A DNA stretch of 64,000 nt, taken from contig CAIKRV010000063.1 in NCBI GenBank assembly GCA_903829945.1, forward strand, positions 26,502 to 90,501, read 5' to 3'. A model generated the notes under the pieces. The model searched no databases. It was given only the letters and a program-made list of their open reading frames with translations, and was not told where the DNA came from. The DNA is from an uncultured bacterium (GTDB taxonomy: Bacteria; Bacteroidota; Bacteroidia; CAILMK01). This document shows positions 1 to 10,281 of this stretch, in pieces; position 1 is the stretch's first letter, and every line of letters starts with the position of its first letter. Position numbers and translations under genes: made by a program.

Positions 1-1987
1 TAATGAAACCTTCATCCAATACTTGCAATAAAATATTATAAACATCCGGATGCGCCTTTTCAATTTCATCTAAAAGAATAACAGCATATGGTTTGCGTCT
101 TACTTTTTCAGTAAGTTGTCCGCCTTCTTCATAACCAATATATCCGGGAGGCGCTCCTACCAATCTGGATACTGCAAATTTTTCCATATACTCACTCATG
201 TCTATGCGTATCAGAGCATCATCCGTATCAAATAAGTATTTGGATAAAATTTTAGCTAATTCAGTTTTTCCGACCCCGGTAGGACCCAAAAAGATAAATG
301 AACCTATAGGGCGATTGGGATCTTTCAAACCGGCACGGGTTCTTTGGATGGCTTTGGTAAGTTTTGCAATTGCCTCACTTTGTCCCACCACGCCTGCTTG
401 CAATTCCGCTTCCATGTTCAATAAACGAACACCTTCGCTTTGCGCAATACGCTTGGTAGGAATACCGGTCATCATACCAACCACTTCAGCAATATCTTCT
501 TCATTGACGACGAAGCGTTGCTTTTTAGTTTCTTCCTCCCACTCTTTTTTAGCCGTTTCCAATTGTTCTATCAGTTGCTTTTCCTTATCTCTAAGTTTAG
601 CCGCCTCTTCGTACTGCTGACTTTTAACAACTTTATTTTTCTGTACTTTTATTTCCTCAATCTTTTTTTCCAATTCCAATACATTGGCAGGAACGTGAAT
701 ATTGGTAATATGTACTCTTGCGCCGGCTTCATCCAATACATCAATGGCCTTATCCGGAAGATAGCGATCACTGATATATCTTTCACTCATTTTTACACAA
801 GCATCAAGAGCAGCCTGGGTATATTCCACCCCGTGATGGTCTTCGTACTTTTCCTTAATATTATTTAAGATTTCAAAAGTTTCTTCCGCAGAAGCAGGAT
901 TAACCATTACTTGTTGGAATCTTCTTTCTAAGGCACCATCTTTTTCAATGTATTGTCGATATTCATCCAAAGTGGTAGCACCAATACATTGGATATCACC
1001 ACGTGCAAGGGCAGGTTTGAACATATTAGAGGCATCCAAACTACCACTGGCCCCACCGGCACCTATTATAGTATGTATTTCATCAATAAATAAAATAACA
1101 TCAGGATTCTTTTCCAATTCATTCATTACGGCCTTCATACGCTCTTCAAACTGACCGCGATATTTGGTACCTGCCACCAGTGAAGCCAAATCCAGCGTAA
1201 CGATTCGTTTATTAAATAAAACCCTGGAAACTTTCCTTTGTACAATTCTTAAGGCCAAACCTTCGGCAATGGCTGTTTTACCTACGCCGGGCTCACCGAT
1301 TAAAATTGGATTGTTTTTCTTACGGCGACTTAATATTTGTGATACGCGTTCAATTTCTTTTTCGCGACCAACAATCGGATCTAATTTTCCTTCTTCAGCA
1401 GCTTTGGTCAAATCCCTGCCAAAATTATCCAATACCGGAGTTTTGGACTTCACGTCCGTTTTGCGACTGACATTACCATAACCTCCGCCTTTCTCAGATT
1501 CGCGATTATATTCTTCTTCTGAAGAATCAGCCGGATATTCAGATTTGGGTGCATAGAAATTTTCTTCCAATTGCTCTTTAAAAATTTCATAAGTTACTGC
1601 GAACTGATGCATGATTTGTGCAGCAATATTGTCTTCATCGCGCAATACGCTGAGCAATAAATGTTCGGTACCTATAATGTCGCTTTTAAATATTTTGGCT
1701 TCTAAATATGTAACCTTCAACACTTTCTCTGCCTGCTTGGTAAGTGGAATATTTCCGGTTATATTTTTGTGTGTTGCGGTATTACGGATGGCATCTTCTA
1801 CAGATTTTTTAAGACGAATTAAATCCACTTCCAAAGTTCGGAGGGTCTTAATTGCCTTGCCTTCCCCTTCCCTGATAAGTCCGAGCAACAAGTGTTCGGT
1901 ACCTATATAATCATGCCCAAGACGTATCGCTTCTTCTCTGCTGTAACTGATAACATCTCTGACGCGGGGTGAAAATTTTGCTTCCAT
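1..1987 (-). CDS. clpC: ClpC-type AAA+ chaperone ATPase; the 3' end runs off the start of the window
   Basis: Minus-strand translation from the ATG at 1985-1987 gives [43 protein letters not shown], a double Clp_N repeat. It is followed by a Walker A motif ([16 protein letters not shown]) and a UVR-like linker ([17 protein letters not shown]). A second AAA module is cut off at position 1. The gene is missing from the ORF track because there is no stop codon inside the window. The + strand ORFs at 198-1910 are antisense low-complexity artefacts. Confidence 0.85.
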   Translation of the reverse strand, partial: MEAKFSPRVRDVISYSREEAIRLGHDYIGTEHLLLGLIREGEGKAIKTLRTLEVDLIRLKKSVEDAIRNTATHKNITGNIPLTKQAEKVLKVTYLEAKIFKSDIIGTEHLLLSVLRDEDNIAAQIMHQFAVTYEIFKEQLEENFYAPKSEYPADSSEEEYNRESEKGGGYGNVSRKTDVKSKTPVLDNFGRDLTKAAEEGKLDPIVGREKEIERVSQILSRRKKNNPILIGEPGVGKTAIAEGLALRIVQRKVSRVLFNKRIVTLDLASLVAGTKYRGQFEERMKAVMNELEKNPDVILFIDEIHTIIGAGGASGSLDASNMFKPALARGDIQCIGATTLDEYRQYIEKDGALERRFQQVMVNPASAEETFEILNNIKEKYEDHHGVEYTQAALDACVKMSERYISDRYLPDKAIDVLDEAGARVHITNIHVPANVLELEKKIEEIKVQKNKVVKSQQYEEAAKLRDKEKQLIEQLETAKKEWEEETKKQRFVVNEEDIAEVVGMMTGIPTKRIAQSEGVRLLNMEAELQAGVVGQSEAIAKLTKAIQRTRAGLKDPNRPIGSFIFLGPTGVGKTELAKILSKYLFDTDDALIRIDMSEYMEKFAVSRLVGAPPGYIGYEEGGQLTEKVRRKPYAVILLDEIEKAHPDVYNILLQVLDEGFI

Positions 1988-2527
1988 TTTTTGATATGCT
2001 ACTATTTTACTTTGTTATTCACCTAATATAAGGCTTCTTAAATTCCTTTACAATTTGAGTGCTACAATTGCAAATGTACTCACCTTTTTTGAAAATTGTT
2101 CCAAAATTTTTGATAAGTCATGATTAAGAATGAATTATGTAATAATATCCCTTTTAAATACCATGACTTATTGTCAGCCTTTTCTTTTTTAAATTTAGTT
2201 TGAACATTCATATTATTAACGAAAAATTAGCCCTTATCATATATTTTGATATTCTGAAAAATAGTTTTCGTTCTAAACATGTGCAAAGAAATATGGCACG
2301 GTAAAATAACTATATTCAGTGAAAGTTTTTCAAGCTTTTAATGCGTTAAACTTTGCGCTTTGTGCACAAAATAGTTTGATTTTAAGTAAATTTGGAAGTA
2401 TAAATTTATTATCCACATTTAATTCACAATTAGGAATTTTCGTGTTCAAAAATTTAAAATAAACATTTTGGTGTTGTTTGGATGAGCAAGACATTAGATA
2501 TTTGTGCCCCCTTAAAAAAGATATAAA

Positions 2528-4042
2528 ATGGCAGAAGAGATAGGAAATACAATTAAGAAGTTTAGAAAACCCGGAACCAATACCGCTTTGTGGTCCGAAT
2601 TGGGGAAATTGCCACCACAAGCTATTGATTTAGAAGAAGCTGTTTTAGGTGCATTGATGTTGGAACGCGAAGCCATCAGTGTCACTATTGAAATTTTACA
2701 ATCTGAAAGTTTTTATAAACAAGAACATAAAGAAATTTATGCCGCTATTTTAAATCTTTTTTCAAAATCCCAGCCTATTGATATTCTTACAGTCACCCAA
2801 GAATTACGTTCTTTAGGAAAACTCGAACTTGCCGGTGGTGCATTTTATATCAGCGAATTAACCAACCGAGTAGGAAGTGCAGCCAATATTGAATACCATG
2901 CACGTATCGTTGCTCAAAAATTCATTTTAAGAAAATTAATTGAAGTGTCCTCCCATATTCAAACAGATGCCTTTGAGGAAACGACAGATGTATTTGAGCT
3001 TTTGGACCGTACTGAAAAGGAATTATTTAATATTACTGAACAGAATTTAAGAAATGCTTCCGACCCCATGTCTGTTTTAATTAATAAAGCAATTAAGCAG
3101 ATGGAGGAAATCAAGCACAATTCTGACGGCTTGAGTGGCATTGCTTCCGGATTTACAGAATTAGATAAACTTACCTCCGGTTGGCAACGTTCAGACTTAA
3201 TTATATTGGCGGCCCGTCCCGGTATGGGTAAAACTGCATTCGTGCTAAGTTTAGCTCGAAATGCAGCGGTCGATTTTAATAAACCGGTTGCCATCTTTTC
3301 ATTAGAAATGTCATCCATCCAATTGGTACAAAGACTGATATCTTCTGAAGCAGAAATTTCCGGCATGAAACTCAGAAATGGTGAAATGCAAGAATTTGAA
3401 TGGCAACAATTAAATACTAAAGTAACCAAATTATCTGCAGCTCCATTATATATAGATGATACCCCGGCATTGAATGTATTTGAATTGCGCGCCAAGTGTC
3501 GCCGATTGAAAGCACAATACAATATTGATATGGTCATCATTGATTACCTTCAATTAATGAGCGGAAATAAAGACGGCAGGTCCACAATGAACCGTGAACA
3601 AGAAATCAGTACTATTTCACGCTCCTTAAAAGGATTAGCCAAAGAACTTAATATCCCGGTGATTGCTTTATCACAGTTATCACGTGCAGCAGAACAAAGA
3701 GGCGGCAGTAAAAAACCGATTCTTTCCGACTTACGTGAATCGGGCTCTATTGAGCAGGATGCAGATCAGGTACTATTTATTTATAGACCTGAATATTATG
3801 GCATCGCAGAAGATGAGCAAGGATTACCAACGCCCGGTTTGGCAGAAATTATTGTTGCAAAAAACCGACATGGTGCCTTACAATCCGTAAAACTCAGATT
3901 TGAGGATAAATTTGCTCGATTTAAGGATTATGATGATTTCAGTTTCTCCACCGCCATTGATGATAGTCATCCGGGGGCTAACTTCAATGCCATTACCCGA
4001 GCATCAAAGATGAATGATGATGACGAGGAAATTCCGTTTTAA
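2528..4042 (+). CDS. dnaB: Replicative DNA helicase DnaB
   Basis: 504-aa protein. The N-terminal DnaB domain begins LPPQAIDLEEAVLGALMLE. It has a Walker A (ARPGMGKTAFVLSLA), Walker B (IIDYLQLM) and the family motif SQLSRAAEQRGG. Confidence 0.95.
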   Translation: MAEEIGNTIKKFRKPGTNTALWSELGKLPPQAIDLEEAVLGALMLEREAISVTIEILQSESFYKQEHKEIYAAILNLFSKSQPIDILTVTQELRSLGKLELAGGAFYISELTNRVGSAANIEYHARIVAQKFILRKLIEVSSHIQTDAFEETTDVFELLDRTEKELFNITEQNLRNASDPMSVLINKAIKQMEEIKHNSDGLSGIASGFTELDKLTSGWQRSDLIILAARPGMGKTAFVLSLARNAAVDFNKPVAIFSLEMSSIQLVQRLISSEAEISGMKLRNGEMQEFEWQQLNTKVTKLSAAPLYIDDTPALNVFELRAKCRRLKAQYNIDMVIIDYLQLMSGNKDGRSTMNREQEISTISRSLKGLAKELNIPVIALSQLSRAAEQRGGSKKPILSDLRESGSIEQDADQVLFIYRPEYYGIAEDEQGLPTPGLAEIIVAKNRHGALQSVKLRFEDKFARFKDYDDFSFSTAIDDSHPGANFNAITRASKMNDDDEEIPF

Positions 4043-4069
4043 GACCAAATGTGAAGGTAAATCAAATTA

Positions 4070-4387
4070 TTAATCTTCCATTTGTTCTAATAAATCATTT
4101 AATTCATTTAAGGTTTTTCGTTCTCCCAATTGTTGGGCTAAATCCACCCCTTTAAAAAGGAGCGCCTTGGCCTCCTCTATTTGTTGCATCTGGATTAATA
4201 ATAATGCACCTTGGTAATATACAGGCAAATAATCAGGATTTGAGCGAAGCAATTGCTCAAAATATTCCCATGCTTTGGGGAGATTTTCCGAATTCATATA
4301 TTCCAAACCGACAGCATAGGTTAGAAATGCATCATTGGGTTGGGATTCAAGCATCTTAAGCAAATTATCCAGTCTATTTATTTGCAT
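4070..4387 (-). CDS. Small TPR-like repeat protein
   Basis: 105-aa protein with helical-repeat composition (AWEYFEQLLRSNPDYLPVYYQGALLL). It sits between the dnaB and etfB genes. No catalytic motif. Confidence 0.5.
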   Translation of the reverse strand: MQINRLDNLLKMLESQPNDAFLTYAVGLEYMNSENLPKAWEYFEQLLRSNPDYLPVYYQGALLLIQMQQIEEAKALLFKGVDLAQQLGERKTLNELNDLLEQMED

Positions 4388-4433
4388 ATATTTTTTACTA
4401 CCTTTGCGGTAAATTTACAAACAGGAATTAAGC

Positions 4434-5171
4434 ATGAAAATTCTTCTTTGCGCAAGCAAAACTCCTGACACCACTGCAAAAATAAATTTTACGGCTGATA
4501 AAAAGGCATTAGATGCTAATGGTGTTCAATTTATATTAAATCCTTATGATGACCATGCCTTGGCCAGAGCCATGGACATCAAAGAAAAAAACAATTCCCA
4601 TTTAACCGTAATTCATGCCGGGGATGCCGGATCTGAAGCTATATTACGCCGTGCATTATCCATCGGTGCGGATGATTGTATTCGCATTAATTTGGAACCG
4701 GCCGATTCCTATACGGTTGCCCATGAAATTGCTCATGCCATCCAAGGTGAAAACTTTGATTTGATTTTTACCGGCAGGGAATCTATCGATTTTAACGGCT
4801 CTCAAGTATGTTCACTTCTGGGTGAAATGCTCAATATACCATCCATTGATTTTGTAACTGATATTCAAATTGAAGGAAACCTTGCCACCCTTAAGCGTTT
4901 TATTGATGGCGGTGAAGAAACCTTGCAGGTTAATCTTCCTATTGTTATCAGTGCTACCAAGGAATTGGCAGAACCACGCATTCCAAATATGCGTGGCATT
5001 ATGGCCTCTCGTACCAAACCCATTAAGGTTGTAGAACCCAGTGGGGATGCAGCATTAGTAATGTTGGAACAATTTGAACCACCGGTTGCTAAAACCGGTT
5101 GCACTTTTGTAGATGCTGCTGATGCCGCTAAACTTATTGACATTTTACATCAACAAGAAAAAGTTATTTAA
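4434..5171 (+). CDS. etfB: Electron transfer flavoprotein beta subunit
   Basis: 245-aa protein matching the EtfB pattern (MKILLCASKTPDT, VNGVQFILNPYDDHALARA). It lies directly upstream of etfA. Confidence 0.9.
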   Translation: MKILLCASKTPDTTAKINFTADKKALDANGVQFILNPYDDHALARAMDIKEKNNSHLTVIHAGDAGSEAILRRALSIGADDCIRINLEPADSYTVAHEIAHAIQGENFDLIFTGRESIDFNGSQVCSLLGEMLNIPSIDFVTDIQIEGNLATLKRFIDGGEETLQVNLPIVISATKELAEPRIPNMRGIMASRTKPIKVVEPSGDAALVMLEQFEPPVAKTGCTFVDAADAAKLIDILHQQEKVI

Positions 5172-5183
5172 TTTAAAATTATT

Positions 5184-6155
5184 ATGTCTGTTCTCGTTTA
5201 CGCTGAAAATATAGAAGGAAAATTTGGTAAGCCCGTTTTAGAAGCAACTACTTATGCTTATGATACGGCACAAAAATTAGGGACTTCAGTAACTGCAGTA
5301 GTTATTGGAGCAGCTGCTCCGGAAGAACTAAATAAATTAGGGCAGTACGGTGCTCAAAAAATATTACACATTTCTGATGCCAGATTTGATTCCTTTAATG
5401 TGGGTGCCCTTGCAAAAACGTTGCAGGAAGCGGCTCAAAAAGAATCTGCGGATGTGATTATAATGAGTGCTACTTTCAATGCCAAGGCTATTGCTCCACG
5501 CCTATCAGCTCGTATGAAAGCAGGATTGGTAAGTAATGCCATCGGACTTCCGGAAACAGGAAATGGTTTTCATGTAAAAAAAGCTGTTTATTCCGGAAAA
5601 GGATTTGGTCATTTTAATATTACCAGCGCAACTAAAATTTTAACCATCTCTATTAATTCTTATCATTTAAAAAATATTGGCGCAAGTGCAATTATTGAAT
5701 CTTGGACACCAAGTTTAAGTGACCAAGATTTCCCGGTTAAGGTCATTGAAACCAAAAGACAAAAAGGCAAAGTATCCCTTACGGAAGCAGAAATTGTAGT
5801 TTCCGGCGGACGTGGTATGAAGGGTCCTGAAAATTGGGGAATGATAGAAGAATTGGCGGACTTACTAGGAGCCGCTACAGCATGTTCAAAACCGGTTTCA
5901 GATATTGGATGGAGACCGCACAGCGAACACGTTGGCCAAACGGGATTAACCATTTCTCCCAACCTGTATTTTGCCATTGGTATTAGCGGTGCCATTCAGC
6001 ATTTGGCGGGGGTAAGTTCCAGTAAAATTATTGTTGCCATCAATAAAGACCCGGAAGCACCTTTCTTTAAAGCTGCGGATTATGGCATTGTTGGTGATGC
6101 TTTTGAAGTATTGCCACAATTAATTGCTGAAGTAAAAAAGATAAAAGCAAACTAA
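5184..6155 (+). CDS. etfA: Electron transfer flavoprotein alpha subunit
   Basis: 323-aa protein. The C-terminal FAD-binding region reads PHSEHVGQTGLTISPNLYFAIGISGAIQHLAG, which is typical of EtfA. It is 13 bp downstream of etfB. Confidence 0.9.
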   Translation: MSVLVYAENIEGKFGKPVLEATTYAYDTAQKLGTSVTAVVIGAAAPEELNKLGQYGAQKILHISDARFDSFNVGALAKTLQEAAQKESADVIIMSATFNAKAIAPRLSARMKAGLVSNAIGLPETGNGFHVKKAVYSGKGFGHFNITSATKILTISINSYHLKNIGASAIIESWTPSLSDQDFPVKVIETKRQKGKVSLTEAEIVVSGGRGMKGPENWGMIEELADLLGAATACSKPVSDIGWRPHSEHVGQTGLTISPNLYFAIGISGAIQHLAGVSSSKIIVAINKDPEAPFFKAADYGIVGDAFEVLPQLIAEVKKIKAN

Positions 6156-6199
6156 TTTTCTTAATTTGCAATAACGAATAAGTGCAGGAATAAAATTCA

Positions 6200-6802
6200 A
6201 TGGAAAAAATACAATTACATATCCTTGGTATTTCATCAGGTCACACTTCCTCCTCCTATACACTTATTTTAGAAGAAACTGACGGTGAGCGAAAGTTACC
6301 CATTATTATCGGTGCTTTCGAGGCTCAGGCTATTGCCATAGAAATAGAAAAAATAGTTCCGGTGCGCCCTATGACCCATGATTTATTTTTTAATTTAGCC
6401 ACGGCCTTTCATTTAAAAATAAAAGAGGTACTGATTCATAAGTTGCAAGATGGCGTTTTTTATGCCAATATTGTTTGTACGGACGGGACCACCGAAGAAG
6501 AAATTGATGCCAGAACTTCCGATGCCATTGCTTTAGCATTGCGCTTTAAATGCCCTATCTATACTTACGAAGAAATCATGTCCGAAGCGGGTATAGTACT
6601 TGGAGATAATGATACTGAACCGGCCACAGGCGAAGCCGCTCCGGCTGCCCCTAGTGCTCCGAAGCCGAAAAAATCAAAGGATACACTTTCCTCCTATTCC
6701 ATAGAGGAATTAGAAAAAATGCTCGAAGAATCCTTAGATGAGGAAAATTATGTTTTAGCAGCTAAAATTCGTGACGAGATTAAGAAAAAACAAGACCATT
6801 AA
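6200..6802 (+). CDS. Bifunctional nuclease (DUF151/BFN domain) with a C-terminal UVR motif
   Basis: 200-aa protein. The N-terminal BFN-like region reads LPIIIGAFEAQAIAIE. The C-terminal UvrB/UvrC-type motif reads EELEKMLEESLDEENYVLAAKIRDEIKKK. Confidence 0.65.
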   Translation: MEKIQLHILGISSGHTSSSYTLILEETDGERKLPIIIGAFEAQAIAIEIEKIVPVRPMTHDLFFNLATAFHLKIKEVLIHKLQDGVFYANIVCTDGTTEEEIDARTSDAIALALRFKCPIYTYEEIMSEAGIVLGDNDTEPATGEAAPAAPSAPKPKKSKDTLSSYSIEELEKMLEESLDEENYVLAAKIRDEIKKKQDH

Positions 6803-7272
6803 TCTTGAAGATTTATCGGTAAAGCACCGATTTCCTCATATCCTTCCGTTGTTTTCTTAAAATAATAATGCACCATTCCATTGGTAATCCATAAAAAGGA
6901 AGCATTTAAATCCTTATTGTAAACACTTATTTGAAAGGCTGTTTCCTTGGAAATGCCCACCTGTGGTGCTTTACATTCCACCAATAAGGCCACTTTCATG
7001 GCTTGATTCCAGACCAAAATATCCGATCTTTTTTGTCGCTCTAAATATTTATTACCTTGCTCCAATTTTATGTAGAGCGGACTTATATTCAAATGATTTA
7101 TAAGGTAATGCACGACGTGTTGTCTGACCCATTCTTCGGGTTGCAAGACCACAAACTTTTTACGAAGTATATCATAAATGAATAGCTTCCCATCTTTTTG
7201 CTTTATTTTGCAGTCAAATACGGGGAGTTCTAATTTTAGCATAATTCCCTGATTACGATTACAAAGGTACAT
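6799..7272 (-). CDS. HsdR_N-like (type I restriction enzyme R N-terminal domain) stand-alone protein, PD-(D/E)xK fold
   Basis: 157-aa protein. It carries the WVRQHVVHYL and DILVWNQAMKVALLVECK signatures typical of the small HsdR_N family found in Bacteroidota. Its 3' end overlaps the previous gene by 4 bp (convergent orientation). Confidence 0.55.
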   Translation of the reverse strand: MYLCNRNQGIMLKLELPVFDCKIKQKDGKLFIYDILRKKFVVLQPEEWVRQHVVHYLINHLNISPLYIKLEQGNKYLERQKRSDILVWNQAMKVALLVECKAPQVGISKETAFQISVYNKDLNASFLWITNGMVHYYFKKTTEGYEEIGALPINLQD

Positions 7273-7278
7273 CTTTAC

Positions 7279-8271
7279 ATGAAAGCGGAATATTCTAAAC
7301 TCATATCATCTTTAAAAAGTAAAAAATTTGCTCCTATTTATTTCCTGCATGGAGAGGAGAATTTCTTTATTGATGATATAGCTGAATTCATTGAATCTCA
7401 CGCATTGAGCGAATCCGAAAAAAGCTTTAATCAACAAGTGTTGTACGGTAAAGAAATAGATGCCAATACGATTAAAAATGCGGCCATGCGTTACCCATTA
7501 ATGAGCCCGTACCAAGTGCTCATTATCAAGGAAGCGCAGCAAATTAAAAAATGGGATGAACTTGAAGTCTATTTCGAAAAACCGGTGGATACAACCATCC
7601 TGGTGATATGCTACAAATTTGGGAAATTTGATAAAAGAACCAAAGCTTATAAAGCCTTAGAAAAAGGCCCGGCGGTATTGTTTGAATCCAAAACCTTGGA
7701 AGAATCCAAAGTACCTGAATGGATTCATCAATACCTCGAAACCAGACAAAGGAAAATAAAAAAGCAGGCGGCTGATATCCTTACCGAATATCTTGGCAAT
7801 GACTTAGAAAAAATTGCCAATGCGATGGATAAAATCATCAATACCTCTGATGAAAACAAAGTTATTGATGAAAAGGATATTGAACAAAATGTTGGCATCA
7901 GTAGAGAATACAATATTTATGAGTTGCAAAAAGCCATCATCAATAAAGATATGTTAGCCTTTAGTAAAATTGTCAACTATATGGCCACACATACCAAGGA
8001 GCATCCCCTACCCATGGCCATCGGATTTTTTTATGGTTTCTTTTCTAAAGTTACTGCTATTCAATTAAAACGTACCCCGGCCAAAGACCTTGGCATTAAT
8101 GAATTCTTCTTTAAAGATTATCAAAAAGCAGCAGCCAATTATCCTAACAAAGGCAAATACATCATGTCCTTATTGCAAGATTATGATTTAAGATTTAAAG
8201 GCGTTAATGATACGGGTACAGATGACGGGGAATTGTTTAAAGAATTATTTTATAAAATTATTTACGCCTAG
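7279..8271 (+). CDS. holA: DNA polymerase III delta subunit
   Basis: 330-aa protein. The N-terminus APIYFLHGEENFFID and the FNQQVLYGKE region match the HolA clamp-loader delta family. Confidence 0.8.
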   Translation: MKAEYSKLISSLKSKKFAPIYFLHGEENFFIDDIAEFIESHALSESEKSFNQQVLYGKEIDANTIKNAAMRYPLMSPYQVLIIKEAQQIKKWDELEVYFEKPVDTTILVICYKFGKFDKRTKAYKALEKGPAVLFESKTLEESKVPEWIHQYLETRQRKIKKQAADILTEYLGNDLEKIANAMDKIINTSDENKVIDEKDIEQNVGISREYNIYELQKAIINKDMLAFSKIVNYMATHTKEHPLPMAIGFFYGFFSKVTAIQLKRTPAKDLGINEFFFKDYQKAAANYPNKGKYIMSLLQDYDLRFKGVNDTGTDDGELFKELFYKIIYA

Positions 8272-8280
8272 CGAGGCGAT

Positions 8281-10230
8281 TTATTTTCCTGAAATTAACA
8301 AAGCTTTCATTTGTTTGGCTTCTGTACTGCCGGGATTTCTTTTCAGAATTTTATTGAGTAAGGTGCTTGCTTCCATTTTATTATTATTATACAAGGCAAT
8401 TTTAACTTGATTTAATAAAGCCGGTTCATAATCGGCATCTAAGGCTAGGGCTTTGCTCAAATACTTATTTGCCATAATAATGTTTTCTTTTACCAAATAA
8501 TACAAAGCGTAAGCATTCCATCCCATGGCTGATTTTGGCTGCTCTGCAATTATAAATTTAAATTCCTTCTCGGCACTGCTATAATCATGCATCATCAAAT
8601 ACAAAGTGCCTGCTTGATTATGATACTCCAAATTGTACGGTTCAGCTTGCAAGGCTGCCTTAAAGTATTTCAAAGCAATATTATTTTCACCGATATTCAT
8701 CGCTGATTTTGCCGCTTGATAATTAGCCACGCCTTCTTTAAATGTTTTATTGCTTTGTATAGCAATTTTAACCACTGCCGGAAAATCCTCTCTCAAATAG
8801 TAATAATATATATAGGCTTCCGGTGCCAGAGTAACCGGATAAAAATTCAAATATTTATAGGCGGAATCGAGATTATATCTTTTATGATCGAACTTTTCAT
8901 AAAAAAACATATAGGCCTTAGCTATGCTTAATTTTTCCGGCTTTGGATTATCTAAACATTCCAAACCTTTAAATTTCCCAACTCCGATATTTTTTTTAGA
9001 GTGAGCATCACTTACATTTTTACGGATATAATGATCTGTAATGCTGACATGCGGAATATCTACAGCTCCTGATTTGGGCATATGACAAGTAACACAATTG
9101 TCCGCCTTTTCTTTGCGTTGCTTCAGGGATAACGTACACTCATTTTTATCTTGATGACAAGATTTACATTTATTATTAAAAAACTCATTTCCGGTTGCAC
9201 GAACACTTACATGCGGATTATGACAACTTATGCAATTGAGAGCCGCAGTGCGTGCATTCGTTTTATTACTTTGAATAAAACACTGACTCTTCTTCAATCG
9301 TTGGGCATGAGCAGCCATTAAAAAACCATTTTCATCTTCTTCATAAGTGGGAAGATAAATATCCATGACTTCGGATAATTTTAATCCCGGTCTAAAATCA
9401 AAAAATGATTTTCCGCTTTTCAAAACTGCATCCCCTTGCAAATGGCATCGCTGACAAATATCTATCTGCAATGCAAATGGAAGTTTCCTTGGATTTACTA
9501 TCGTAAAATCTGTATCCTTATTAATGTTTACTGTTTTCCCAAGTAATTTTTCGGCTACATGGATAGAACCTGGGCCATGACATCTTTCACAATCTATGCC
9601 TTCAGGAATTTTAGTATATTTATTAATGCTGCCTTGCACAAAACCTGGATATGCATTGTGACAACTTAAACATTCCAGTCCCAATTGTCTGTTAAATCTG
9701 GAATTATAACCGTTTTCGAAACCGGGCGGCAAATCTAATTTTTGTTTTTGCACATAAAAAGTAAAAGGCATTTGGTATAAATATCCGTTTACATCCATAA
9801 TATGGGAATTGGTATGATGACCACTACCGATAATATAACTTACACTTTCTGTGCGACTAAAAGAAGTATCCTTACCCGCTAATCGATATTCTTTCAGCTT
9901 TAAAATAGTATCTTGCCAATAAGGTTGATAATACAAATCGGCATAGGAATCATATAAAGGACTTATAGTCTCAAAATGGCCCTTACTTTTTTGTGGTGAA
10001 GCATGCGCAAAACTTTGCCCCATTCCTGTTTCAATAAATGTTTTATAAATATCAAAATGACATTTTTTGCAAGTATTAATACCCACGTATTTTGCACTAT
10101 CACCGGTATTGAGCCAAGTATGTGCGGGTGCTGTATCCTTTACTTTTTGCGGATGGCATCTCATGGCCGTCATTATAATCAATAATGCTGACAAACAAAA
10201 TCCTAAAGTAACTAAAATACGTTTATGCAT
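8281..10230 (-). CDS. Secreted multiheme c-type cytochrome (seven CxxCH motifs) fused to C-terminal TPR repeats
   Basis: 649-aa protein with an N-terminal signal peptide. The seven heme-binding motifs are CKKCH, CLSCH, CERCH, CQRCH, CISCH, CKSCH and CVTCH, all within residues ~50-390. The C-terminal ~250 aa has TPR-like composition (YQAAKSAMNIGENNIALKYFKAALQAEPYN). Confidence 0.75.
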   Translation of the reverse strand: MHKRILVTLGFCLSALLIIMTAMRCHPQKVKDTAPAHTWLNTGDSAKYVGINTCKKCHFDIYKTFIETGMGQSFAHASPQKSKGHFETISPLYDSYADLYYQPYWQDTILKLKEYRLAGKDTSFSRTESVSYIIGSGHHTNSHIMDVNGYLYQMPFTFYVQKQKLDLPPGFENGYNSRFNRQLGLECLSCHNAYPGFVQGSINKYTKIPEGIDCERCHGPGSIHVAEKLLGKTVNINKDTDFTIVNPRKLPFALQIDICQRCHLQGDAVLKSGKSFFDFRPGLKLSEVMDIYLPTYEEDENGFLMAAHAQRLKKSQCFIQSNKTNARTAALNCISCHNPHVSVRATGNEFFNNKCKSCHQDKNECTLSLKQRKEKADNCVTCHMPKSGAVDIPHVSITDHYIRKNVSDAHSKKNIGVGKFKGLECLDNPKPEKLSIAKAYMFFYEKFDHKRYNLDSAYKYLNFYPVTLAPEAYIYYYYLREDFPAVVKIAIQSNKTFKEGVANYQAAKSAMNIGENNIALKYFKAALQAEPYNLEYHNQAGTLYLMMHDYSSAEKEFKFIIAEQPKSAMGWNAYALYYLVKENIIMANKYLSKALALDADYEPALLNQVKIALYNNNKMEASTLLNKILKRNPGSTEAKQMKALLISGK

Positions 10231-10281
10231 GTATTAAATAAAACAGATATTGATGATGCTTGTTTTGATGCATACTGCCGC

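Noticed and set aside
198-1910. Five + strand ORFs (198-620, 440-868, 948-1154, 1164-1481, 1611-1910) in the ORF track
   Set aside because: They are antisense to a high-confidence ClpC homolog encoded on the minus strand. Their translations are low-complexity (S/L/F-rich), with no motifs.
2409-2417. Perfect DnaA-box consensus TTATCCACA upstream of dnaB
   Set aside because: It is a single 9-mer. The expected chance occurrence in 64 kb on two strands is about 0.5. There is no cluster of boxes and no AT-rich DUE arrangement, so it does not support an origin or regulatory site on its own.
2959-3540. 193-aa minus-strand ORF inside dnaB
   Set aside because: It is antisense to an essential, well-conserved helicase. 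It has no motifs.
8207-8410. 67-aa + ORF spanning the holA 3' end and the cytochrome gene
   Set aside because: It overlaps two supported genes. The hydrophobic low-complexity product is likely spurious.
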